Shown here: positions 1 through 12,600 of the stretch, piece after piece
How positions within the stretch are numbered: position 1 is the first letter of the stretch
Layout of the letters: each line of letters starts with the position of its first letter
Assembly (NCBI RefSeq): GCF_964194025.1
Contig: NC_134479.1
Coordinates: forward strand, 17,794,001-17,858,000
Length of the DNA: 64,000 nucleotides
Origin: Convolutriloba macropyga
Taxonomy: Eukaryota
Reading direction: 5' to 3'
Notes under the pieces: generated by a model
The model's input: only the letters and a program-made list of their open reading frames with translations
The model's database searches: none
Told to the model about the DNA's origin: nothing
Translations under genes and position numbers: made by a program

Positions 1-1404
1 ATGCAGGTGCATCTGATGAAAAGCAAAAAATTTCCCCACAAACTTCAAGGTTACAAGAGCAGAAGGGGAAGAATTAAGGCGCCTAATCAAGTATAAAACA
101 GGCTCAAAGGCTTCCGTTTTTTAATATTTAAAGTAAAAAACAATAAAAATTTCATGAAATGAGCAAAGTTAATTCTCTCGATTTCTCGGCCAATAGAAAA
201 ATTAAGAAACCGTTTCACTATGAACATGAACGTGGTTTTCCGCCCCCTATCGGCCCAATGCTGCGCTGATATTATTGAGAAAAAAAGCAGGAAGAGATAT
301 TAGAGTTTCTGAGTTGGACCGCAGACAACGGTCCCTTTTCCTTGCTAGTAATTTTAAACCAAAAAAATAATCAAGACTATACTGTTTAAACATTGACAAT
401 TTAACTAAAAAATCCTTCAGAAAATTTTATAAGTTTTTTTCCTTATTCAGTTTGAACATCTATTCGACTAACAAGAAGTATTGAACGATCTCCACCCAGC
501 TCATCTCGGTAACACAACTACGCAACTGGTAATTAGTAAGCTGTACTTTTATACTTACTCCTCTATAAATTAAACACTTTCAGCCCCCCCCCCCCAAATC
601 TTTAAATTGAGAGTTATAGCACAAACAGGTCTTAGGCATATATCTTTGTGTTTGATTTGTTATATCTTTTATCAAGTTAGATCGGCATACATAAAGAGAT
701 CCCTTATTGTGTGATCTGTAACAGACCGGCCTAATCTGATAGAAGAATGATATTTTTTAAGGCATTCCGAATCAATAGCGTTGAGAAAATTTAAAAAAAT
801 GAGCAGTCGGGACTTAAAAAGGAAATATTTCGCAAACATTTCGAAAGGAATTGAAAAATCTTGAACGAACAATTGCCTTCAATTGTCAAACATGCAAGTC
901 AAAAACAAAAACTTTTTCATTTCACACTATTTTTTTGTTTTAAAACAGAAATAAAACTGGTTCCAAGAAATATAGCTGGTGGCAAATAAATTTTAAGCCA
1001 TAAATCAAAAGAAAGTTGACTAAAAGGTTCATATACCCTTGAAAACCAAAAGAAAAACCCTCAAAACTTTAAATCTATTTTTGTGCAATAGAAACTTTCA
1101 CTATAAAATTTTGAAAAAATTTAGCTATCAAGTAAACTCACCTTAAAACTGAGTCAGAATCAGCGAGAAAAAGAAAGAAAAGCAAAAAAAAACATTTTTA
1201 GAAATCGACTAAAAATCATATCGGCCTCAAAAACTTTTACACTGCCAATCTTCACCCTTAATCACTAAACCTACTTCATTTTAAGAAAAGTCAGATTGAA
1301 AACACAATCAATGTGCCAAAACTGCGCTGAAAATCGCATTCAGTTCAATACTTTGGCATTTGAGGCTGTTGGCCAGTTTTCTGAGTTGGTCCAAAAGATA
1401 CTGA

Positions 1405-1960
1405 ACTGGATATCTGCTCTGGTTGAAAACCGAAATTTTCAAACCACTGGATTTTCGTTGGCCTTCGGTCGACTGGGTCAGCTTATCTCAGTAACAGCAA
1501 CAAAAATGTTGGCTGCTAGAGATGTTAGTCTGTAGGTTACTTTGATTGAGAAAGGTAGTTGCAATGATTTGTTCTGTTCATCTGGGCTTGTTTGTTTAAT
1601 GTTGTCGATCAATGAAAGGTTACAGTCAATTAGACATTTGTAACCCTTCTATAACACAATGAACGGGGAGTACAAAAAATGTGCATTTTTTGTACTCCCC
1701 GTTCATTGTGTTATAGAAGGGTTACAAATGTCTAATTGACTGTAACCTTTCATTGATCGACAACATTAAACAAACAAGCCCAGATGAACAGAACAAATCA
1801 TTGCAACTGCCTTTCTCAATCAAAGTAACCTACAGACTAACATCTCTAGCAGCCAACATTTTTGTTGCTGTTACTGAGATAAGCTGACCCAGTCGACCGA
1901 AGGCCAACGAAAATCCAGTGGTTTGAAAATTTCGGTTTTCAACCAGAGCAGATATCCAGT
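1405..1960. repeat. 556-bp near-perfect palindrome (277-bp arms, 2-nt spacer)
   Basis: 1405-1681 is the reverse complement of 1684-1960 with centre AAAAAATG-TG-CATTTTTT. I saw one mismatch. ORFs 1296..1535(+) and 1830..2021(-) translate to the same peptide because of this symmetry. Confidence 0.95.
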
Positions 1961-3409
1961 CCAAGACGTGCTCCATTGACAGATTTGGAAAAAAAGTGGA
2001 TGAAAAAATAACGAAGAGCATAGAAGATTCGAGCGCAAATTTGGGCCATAAATACAGAACGTGTTAGAATATGAAACTCTGAACGGGCTGATTTAAGAGA
2101 ATTAAAAGCACCATAGCAAGATAGACTAAATTGCCCTATGTACTTTATACTGGTAAGCAATTATATGTAAAGTTGATGGAAATTGGTGGACAGTATCACA
2201 AATTCTATCACAATTCTATCACAAATTGATGGACAGTAAACACCCTCTACAAATCACCTTATGAAAAATGAACGTCACAAAAAACGAACACATGTAAGTA
2301 AAAGGCGGGATCAGCTAAGAGTTCTTAAAATTAGAATGGGAGAGTTATAATGACAAGGAAACTTGTTTTCCCCAGTAAAGATGTAAGCGCAAATTCAGCG
2401 TATTTTTTTACAACAAAAATGCGATAAAATAAAGAATTGCGTGAGAATTGCGCTAAAAATTTTTTGAAGTCAACCCAAAAATCGTTTGTTATCAGACGTT
2501 GAAATGTGCTGAGACTGTGCAAGCGCGCTGAATTTTTAGTGCCTCTCTTACAAAAATGCAGTTCAGCATTTTTAAGCGCCTTTCTCACAAAATGTTTCAT
2601 TATTAAACCAAATCAGTAAAACTCTCAAGACTGAATGTTGCTGTGGAAGAGATGTCGAGGACCCCGGACTGTGAGCAGGCGAGCAAAATTATGAAAAGAA
2701 ATGAGCTGAAGTGAATAAGCATTTCAGAAACCAGCGGATTTGGTACATATTTTCCAGAAAATTCATTGACCCTCATTCAAAGGAAACGAAAAACAAGTAA
2801 AAATGAAGAATACTTGATATTTTGATGTTCGTTGCTATTGTGATCTCCAATGCTGTGATTCCGACCCTTCTTGGTTTGAGCTTCCACGACCGCCAGTTCC
2901 TGGGCTGGGGATTGTTCTGAAGTGTCACTAAGACAGGAACTCTTTTCTCCTTCATCTTGATCGTCTTCTTCGTCTTTGTCTTCATAATCAACTACTGCAA
3001 TTTTTCGCAATGAATAGCATCTTGCTCTCTTCATAGTCAGTTCCTCACTCTTCCGTTGTTTCTATGAGTTTTCAGAAAAATGTTTCCTTATCATTACTTG
3101 TTCCGCTTTTTCGACAGTCTTAAAAAGCATTGTACCAACCATGGAACGCCAATTATAGTTTTCACACAACCTTTCGGTCCATAAAACTGTTCCAGAAAAT
3201 TTTGAGCAGGATAAAGACAGTCCAATGAGGAATCGGATCTAATCCGGCATTAGCCCAGCTTTCGGTACGTTAAAAGCAAGCCCTAATTACAAATTATGCG
3301 TTAACATATCAATTCGTTGTTATAATACAGCTTGAGAGCTACAAATAATCTGCACTCAATCAACTGGGGGTCACAAATAGAAAAAAAGGTCTGTTCACAT
3401 TTTATTTGT

Positions 3410-6400
3410 TCACATAAAGCAGATCTGTTCAAGAATTTTAGGGGGTGGAAAGGAAACAGATTCTTTTACGGAATTGTCTTCGCCAGTTTGAGAAGAATGT
3501 TGATGATTCTTCCTATCCATTTTGCCTTGTTGATTCCTTGTAGGCAGAGATTTTGGCGACCTTTTGAATCCACAATTTTGTTTCGGATCATTGTCCCCCG
3601 CCGGTAATTTTTTAGCTTTGAGGTTCAACCTAACAAGTGATTTCTTGCGAGTCAGATCGTTGTTGAATGAGCGGTCTAAAAGAGTAAAATTTATGATGAC
3701 AAGACATTCAAGTCGTTTAGCAGACACAACATTATTCCATAATTACTAATTGAAGTAGACATACAAATAACAATTGAACCTACAGAAAAAAAATACAAAT
3801 TAAAATGTACGTAATTAATGCCTTTTTCCATCCCAGTCTTTTTTGATTGCGCTAACTTTTTGAGCTGAAGATTTAGACATAGAAAGGTTTCCAATCACAT
3901 ATAGCCACAATTTTCAATTTTGAGCGTTAGTTTCTAATTCCAATTGAAAACATTTCTACGCATTAATCTCCTGCTCAAAAACTTAGTGCATCAAAATAGT
4001 GTGGGAATGAAAAGGGCGTTGTGTACAATATGCGCGTCTCTGAAAATAAAAGAGCTCAATTTGTCAACCGAAGAATAAATTCAAATTTACAGACATCAAA
4101 TCAGAAGAAATAGTAGTGGAACTACTTTGCTCCCTGGGACCACAAAAAGACGAGGTGACAAAATTCATAATCATCTGATTCTAGTTTAAGTGCGGGTTAC
4201 CCCTGTTCACGACTTAATAACAACTTTGAAGAGCTTACAAGAAGCCTAAATTCACGTTATTAGCATTCTAATCCACGCAACTATCGGTGAGAAAACTATA
4301 AAGCTGTGTACCTGATACCTAGAAAATAATATGTATAATTAGTCCCGCCCGCTCCTACTAAAACACGATCCGCGCGACTTTAGTACCAAAAACCTAGGGT
4401 TCGCTAACCTAGAACAGCGCCTCACGTAAAATAATTCAAAAAAGGTTAGAATTATATAAAAAAAATGAGCATCAATCACAATGGCTCATTTCAGTAAACT
4501 TGGAGGATCTTCAATATCCTCTTGATTCTCTAATTTGGAACACCTCAAGAGCTAAAGGACTCCCAGGTTTCGTGGCTCATCCAACATTCAAAATTTGGTA
4601 GATGTAGGCCGCTTGCAAGGTCTTCGTCGGTGTACATTACGTCGTCAATCTTAAAAATTCACCGGAGTCTGCGTTTGCGGACACGAGTGACAAAATTTTG
4701 TCACCCATTCCCGCGTGGGAGAAAAATGGTTATATTGTGGACAACAGTGACAAAAAAATTGCGCACAATCCTAGCAAAATTTCAACACTGATCTCGTAAA
4801 AATCACGTTTTTCGGTCAAGTTTTTCTGCCGCAATTGGTGAGCAGGGGTATCTTCATCAGTGCACATTAACCTTTACTTTATATTCAAAAGCTTTGACAG
4901 ATTAAAATAACAATTATCCCTCACTTCATTTTGATAAGAAGTGCCAATTATATCCCATGTTGTCTCCTTTAATCACTTTCAGACGGATTAAAATTTTAAT
5001 GACCCCTCACATCCTTTTGATAAGAACCAATTATATCCCCCTTTGTCTCCTTTAATAAGTTTTAGAAGTCTTGCGTGGAAAATAGTTACCGTAGCACGGA
5101 TGTTAGGAACGCAAATTTCAGGACAATAGTGAACTTAGCTGGCAGATTGCTAGAAAATAGCCGTAATAGCTTCGTAGATCTTCAGTCTCAAAACAGTAAA
5201 AATGACGGAACAAAAAAATTAGTCTTTTCATTGAAGGCTGATATATTATTTTGATATAAAAACTATATAAATTTTTTCTACCTCTGTTAGATGCTCTCTA
5301 ATAACCTTCATTTATAGTGACACACACCCATTTGACCTTATCTCTTGAGTTAAAGTAAAGAAAAGTCAATTTCAAAGTGAGGAAGTCATTTTTGAGAGTG
5401 AGGTAAGTTAAGTGTTACCAAAAATTTAATCACGCAAATGAACGAGAAAAATTGCTCCTCTAAGAGCCAAAAATGGCGTCACGCACGCACTTAGGTTGAA
5501 ATTGCATGAACGATTCAACAAAAAGCAGATTTGAAGTGGTTGTGACGTCATATGGTCGTAACAAAAATCGCGAAGACGAAATAAAAAACCAAGAGAAGGC
5601 CAATAATAGTCCCAGCTATCGCAGTGCGGTTATTAATAAAAATCTGTCCGCCTGTCTCACGTGTCATTAAAATCTGCAATCGCGGACATCAGTGGCATAT
5701 ATTCCGAATTTTGAGTAAATTTGCAATGTTTTACCTCACTTTCACGGTTGTCCGCGAAAACCTATAACGCCTAATCTTAATGCAACTAATGCAGGTTGAA
5801 AAACCTTCAAACCAGCTTAAAATGGCCTACACAGTAGTTTTTAAAACTTGATAAACATTGTCAATTTTTACAGGGATATTTGAGAGCTTTTACCTTGCTG
5901 CAAAGAGACAAAAGAAAAGGGGGAAATTGACATTCTTTCACGTTTCCGGTTTCGGTTATTCTGTATTTGTATACGCAATCGGTACTGTGTTTGCTGGCTA
6001 TTCCCATCTTCGTCTTTAATTGATTTGTGATCACTTCAAGAATAGTTTGAAAGAGTCGCTCTGCATTGTTGCTTATTATCGAACGACGCTCATTCAATGA
6101 ACAATTCAGTTTTACTACACTTTTGAATGAAATGGTGCAATTTTTCAAAAGCCCATTGAAATCAAATGGCAAGACAAGATTTGGAAAAGATCCGAATTTC
6201 GTCCCTAAAACGAATGGATTGTCTCCGGATGGTTCATGCATTTTACAATAACCAGAAATTATTTTTGTAATGTCCCAGGCAAATGACTGTTAGTGGCTTG
6301 CTGATCAAATCAGTGCCAACCACAAACAAAATCCAAATGTCATGTCTTCTATGTGTTCTGCAAATCGCACCAGTTAAATTCGAGTTGTAGTCCGACTTTA

Positions 6401-9400
6401 TTTCTGTTTTTGTTTTAATAAAAAATTTAAGACTCGCAAGAAACCGGAAATTATTTTATATTTCGAACATTGGCGCAACTATTGGTGAGAAAATTAGAAA
6501 TTTATGAATAACCACGCCTGCTTGCAAACTTAAATCCGAGTTTTTTTAGTATCAAATAAAAAGATTAGTCAACCCATGTGGCCCCGCACAAAAATCGTCT
6601 CAAAAAAGTTGGTGATGTAAAATGAGCATCAGTTACGTTGGCTCATTTCACTACAAAATGAGGATCTTCTCTATCCTTTTGGTTCTCTTCAAGATCTAAA
6701 GGAATCCTGCGTGTGTTGGTTAATCGAAAAACTCAAAAAGTCCTTGTCAGTGGATGATAGTTGAGATTATACACAGTTTTGGTCGCTCTCAGATTAAAAC
6801 TTTTAAACTAGCTGAAAGTGGTCTGTTGAAGTCTGCTTTTTTGAACCGAGACGCTCTCTTTTTTATTTTCCATGGTTTTGGAGATATTCCGTTGGCGGAA
6901 AGGAGCAAGGTAAAAGTTAGGGCCATGGAAATCCTCAAAAAGTTTGATGTTAGTTAATACAATGCTGGAATGAAATTAAACAGCATAGGGTCCGGATTTT
7001 GATCTAAATGGGATTTCGATAGAAAATTAAAATAAGCTTCTTCCATTTGGAGAAACTTCACTGTATACATGGCAAACTCTCACGCTTCAGATTGCGATAA
7101 AACTATATTTGTACGTGTTTGTGGATTATCGTTTATTGCATCAATGGTTTTGTTTGTTTCCCTAAACTTCGTATTAAATCGATTTTCGATGTCAATCTTT
7201 TAATCTTTTATCATTTGCTGAAGAGCACTTTCAAAAGCTCGTTGTTCATCTTTCCTTATCATTGAACGACGCTCATTGAATTAACTTTTCGTATGCGATA
7301 TATTTCAACGAAATGGGTGTATTTTTGTTTAATAGGCCACTGGAATCAAATGGTTGGAGAATTGAAAACAAAACTATACTTTCATCCCAAAAACTCGACT
7401 GTTTTTCCTTTTTCTACAGAGTTGTCAGTCTCTAGATGGTTGATACATAAAAAATGTCTTGATTGAAAAATGCCCGAAATCAGTTTGATTGCAAAAATCA
7501 AAAGTCAATTTTCTAAAGTTCGAGACAAAGCAGGGACTGTTGGTGGCTTGTTCTTCTTATCAGTCCCAACAAAAAGCAAAATTCAGAGCCCGTGGATTCT
7601 GTGTGTTCTGTAAATTGCACCAGTTAAGCGGCCTCAAAACAAAATTGGGAATGGTTTCAAATAATCATTGGTGGCAACCCATTTCTTAAGATATACTCCT
7701 GAGCGCCGGCTTCTGACTGAGTTTTATCCCTTGGCAAAATGACATGGGGGCAAAATGGCATGGAGGAGTAAAATTATGAACTCCCACTGTCAATGGCAAA
7801 CACCTTTGACAGGGGGAGTTCGTGAGTATGTGGGAAAACACTGTTTGTTAAGCGCACCATTGTTGAATCTCCGCAAATGTACAGAACACTTCCAATTTTT
7901 CAACACCAGATCACTAAAGCAGAGCAGAAAAAATAATTTTATCTTGCATATAATTGCTTGGAAGGAGCAGACACATTATTTGTATACTTCACCGCAGATT
8001 TTTACCTAGCTAGCTGAACAGAATTATCAATTTTGCAAGTCACGCTTTTTTGCCTTTCCTTAAGTTTCGGATAAAAATATAAAAACAAATTTGCGCTGTT
8101 ACTGTAGCAGAATTTTGGCTCATTCATGGACTGAAAAGAAAATTTTGACCGTTCGAAATCACCAATGTTTTTCTAGCTTTTATATCCGATCCACTTCCGC
8201 GCAACTTTTTAATCTTGTCGATCTTATAAACTATTTTTCTTAAATATCTCGATATGATTTCTGTTTAAAACAGTCCACACTGTATGCTCTTTTTATTATT
8301 TTAGTATAATAGATCACAAAACGGGTCGTTTGTCACCAAACTAAAAATTACGCAGAATGTAACATCGAAACTAATATTTAACGGGGCACGTCAGTCTCAA
8401 CACGAAAAACCAAAAAACCAATATAAAATTTCACTCTAAATAAAGTTTAGGTAAATTTACCTGAAGAAACACCTGAATTTATCTGAATCGTTAAGGAAAA
8501 TTGTTCCCACCTGAACTGCACCTGAAGTTACCTGATATTTAGCTGAAATTCTTAAGAGTGTTGTAAAAGTTCATTCATTTAGTGCTCGTCAGTTTCACTG
8601 AACTTACCAGAGTTACATTCGCCATTGGGAGCATTCCGAACTCGATTTTTCTCTAGCCAGCTTTCTTCTGGTGATGAGGACTTTATGATATTTTGGAGGT
8701 TACGGCGGAGGACAATGTCACCAAAAGAGGGCCGGCTTCTTGGTAGACAATCTACAGAATATAAACTTTACTTAACTTTATTTGATAATCTTGAAGCACT
8801 TTTTATATGGTTTCAAAAAAGCTGCATTTTAAGATTTTGCATAGATGATGTGCCCTAGTCGAACTGTGAGAGTGGTAAGTCAATATCTAGTAATGATATA
8901 GACAACGATATCAATTTTTTCCAGTATACAAAAATTTCGGAACAATTTCAAATCTTGCGAGTTTTTCAGATTAAAACAGTTGGCGAGTTTTTCAAAACCT
9001 AATAGAACAGTTGAAAAAGAAAGTCTGCAAAACTTTCAGCACGGATTTAAGAAAACAGATGGGTCATAAGAGATCCGAAAGTTTTAGAGCTAAACATGAG
9101 CTATTGAAATTGTTAGCACGCTGGTTCGAATGAGGATACTGGTCCAATCCCAGTGCTCGCCCAATCTCAGATCCATTCCACTCCATTATACTGATCCATT
9201 CCATGATAAAAATTTTAAAGATGCTGAGCACTAATTTAATGAGACAGATCAGATATCTGGCAATAGATTGAGCAAAAACCAAACACATCAGATTAAAGCT
9301 AGCTTGAATGGCGTGCCAGATTCAAGATGATTTATTGCACTCAATTCAGGACAGCTCCAACCACATTTCGTAGGTTTTTCCTGTTTTAGCAAAATTTGTC

Positions 9401-9638
9401 GAGATTGGCAACAATGCGAATATTACCGACCAAATGCCTTTTCTTTGTACTTTATTTTGTCACGTCCTATTATGCGCAATCTAGCGACAGACATAATGCG
9501 AAAATTGGCGACTAATTCTCCCGAACAAAGGACTGGAATAGAGTCGGCGACAAGATCTAAGGATTAAAGTCAATAACACTTGTCACTAGATTGCACACAC
9601 ACACCCACACACACACACATACACACACACACACACAT

Positions 9639-9680
<42 letters not shown>

Positions 9681-12600
9681 TGTAAAATGCGAAATTTACA
9701 AACCTATATACCAAAACTTGAGCGCGTCGGACTTATTCGCACTCGCTTACTTTCCTGATCTTAAAACATATGTGCAGAAAACAGCAATACGCAGAGTATA
9801 TATACTCAGGCAAATGTGCTTTTTGCAAAGAAATGCACGTGTTGTTTCTGCTTAATTTATTGACATATAATATAGCTGGTCTCAATATGTAAGTGCTCAG
9901 AATCTTGACATTTGTACTGAGGGAACATCCCAGTAAAATTACGGTGAAATTGAATCAGTATTCAATTCAATGCTGATAATGAGTAGCAGGTTATAGCAAA
10001 TAAACACAATAACTTTTTAAATAAAAAATGAGCTGTCGGAAAAGTCGATTTTCAGTGATTTCAAAACTCAATCAAAAATCTGACGTGAATTTTTCGAAAA
10101 TGCAAAATGGCAAGTGTAATAAGGTTTTTGGTTAACGCCCTTTTCAGACTTCATGAGTTTCCCATCATATTCACCAAACACAAATAACTTCTAAAAAACT
10201 TAAGTTATCAAAAATGGTCAACAAGGTATGTTGCATTTCATAGATGAAGCCGCTTGCAGAAACTCAGATTGACTTTGAAATCTTCAGTCGAACACATTTA
10301 CCATTTTGTTTTTAAAATGAATTTTGCACCTAGCTGCCTCGCAATGTCTTAAATACTGTTTTGAACACGCGGTTCCCGCCAAAAACATTGTATAAAGATT
10401 TTTGATGTAGTCTTAAATAGTGCTTTGAACACGCAGTTCCTGCCAAAAAAACTTTGCATGAAGGTTTTTGATCTAGTACCTAGTTCGTATATGCATCTAA
10501 AATAGTTGTTTGCATAAAATCAAGAAACATTTTGGTGTCAAGCAGTTGTAATTTTGCCTCAAAAAAATTTTTACTAATAAAAACATTCACCTGAAAAAAA
10601 TTGCACTATAAAATGTAGTGGTTTGACCAAATCTACAAACAAATATGAAAATTTGAGCGCGTCAGACCTATGTGCACTCCCTTACGTTCGTGATCATAAA
10701 AAATGCGTGCGGAAAAGGGATGCGCAGAGCATATATACTCAGGCAAATGTGCTTTGGTTTTAAAAAATGCACCTGTTGTTTCTACTAAAATTGTTGATAT
10801 AAAATCTGGGTGGTCTCTATATGTAAGTGCTCAGAATCTTGAAACTTTTTAATGAGAGATTAGACCAGTAAAATTACGGTGAAAATGTACAAAAATTCAA
10901 TTTAAGGCTGATTATGGGTAGCGGTTAATAGCAATTATGTGCAATGACTTTTTTTGCTAACAATTGAGCTGTCGAAAACGTCGTTTTTCATTTTGATTTC
11001 AAAAATCAACCAAAAATCCGACGTACATTTTTTTAAAATGCAAAAAGGCGAGTGTAATAAAGTTTTGGGTTAATGATCTTTTTAGACTTCATGAGTTTCA
11101 AATCATTTTCACCAAGTGAATAAAGCAAAAAACTTCAGAAAAAAATGATCCACAAGGTATGTTGCATTTCATGGATGAAGCCGTTTGCCGAAACTCAGAT
11201 TGAGTTTGAAATCCTTAGATGAAAATTCTTACTCTTTTGTTTTTTTAATAAATTTTGCTCACCTAGCTGCCTTGAAATGACTTAAATAATGTTCTCAACA
11301 CGCGGTTCCTGCCAAAAACTTTGCTTAAAGGCTTTTGATGTAGTCTTAAATAGTGCTTTGATCTCGCGATTCCTGTCAAAAAAAAACTTTGCATGAAGGT
11401 TGTTGATCTAATACCTAATTCGTCTATGCATCTAAAAATAGCAGTTTGCAAAAAATCAAGAAACGTTTTGGTATCAGGCAGTTGTCAATTTGCCTCCAAA
11501 AAAACTTCACTGAATCATATTTTCATTTGAAAAAAATTGCACAACAAAATGTAGTGATTTGACCTAAAAAATTAAGGCATTGGTTTCGTTTGCAAAACTG
11601 TTGGTTCCCTTCACTGTTTTTATTAACCACTCAAGATAATTTTTTTTCTCCTTGGCATCTTAATCATCAGATCTCGTCAATAAATATTAGCAGTTGAGAT
11701 CCTGAAATTCAATGAACGAATCCTACAAAAAATTTAAAGTTTCGAACCATAAAAAACAATCCCGGAAAAGTTAGTATTTTTACTTCAATAAACATCAGAT
11801 ATTTTTCATTTGCGTTTTTTGCGTTACGCTACATTGCTATAAAGGCAAACATTGAGAAATTTTGGTGTTGTAAAAACCATACTCGTAGGTGCAAAAACTA
11901 ATGAATTTTACAATTCTTCAACTAATAATATTGGATCCAACATCTCTCTCTCTCTTTCTCTCTCTCTCTTTCCTTTCTTTCTTTCTTTCTGTTTTATTTG
12001 AAGTTCAGAACTATGTTTTAAATCTTTTACTTCATTAAAACTGGACTGTTTTAATCTCCGAGCTTTTTGAGAACATTATGATTTCATATTTGGTGGCAAT
12101 GAAGCAGGTTATTAACAACCTTAAATTTTCCACGAACTGACAGCGAGGTTGTTGCTGTTTTGAAATATTTTGTTTATTTGAGTTAGAAGCCTGGTCCGCA
12201 GATTCATTTTTTGAAATACACCATCAAAAAAGAAATATACAATTACAAAAATTTTCTCCAATGTTTTGAATTTGCAAAAAAAAAACTACCGATTGTCAAA
12301 TTGAACTGCTTAAAAACCTACTTGATCCAAATTATTCCTCCGAAAACTAGAAGATACGCGTGCTAAAAATCACTCAAAAATTCAAGCACATTTTTTGCAT
12401 GAGATATAGCCGGTCTATCATCGAGACGACACGTGGATATTTGTGAAAAAACCCAGATCAACACAATCTTAAAAGCAATAAAAAAAACTAACAATTTTGC
12501 TAGTGGGTTTTGTTGCAGATAAAACCGTAGCCCAAAATTTTGTCATTTTTAACAAAAATGTCAAAAAGAAAAATTTAACAAAAACTTTAATTGAAGCTCA

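Noticed and set aside
1296-2021. Two ORFs with identical C-termini suggesting a gene pair
   Set aside because: Mirror images produced by the palindrome; no recognisable protein motifs.
9580-9855. His/Thr-rich ORF
   Set aside because: It is the translation of the (CA)n microsatellite.
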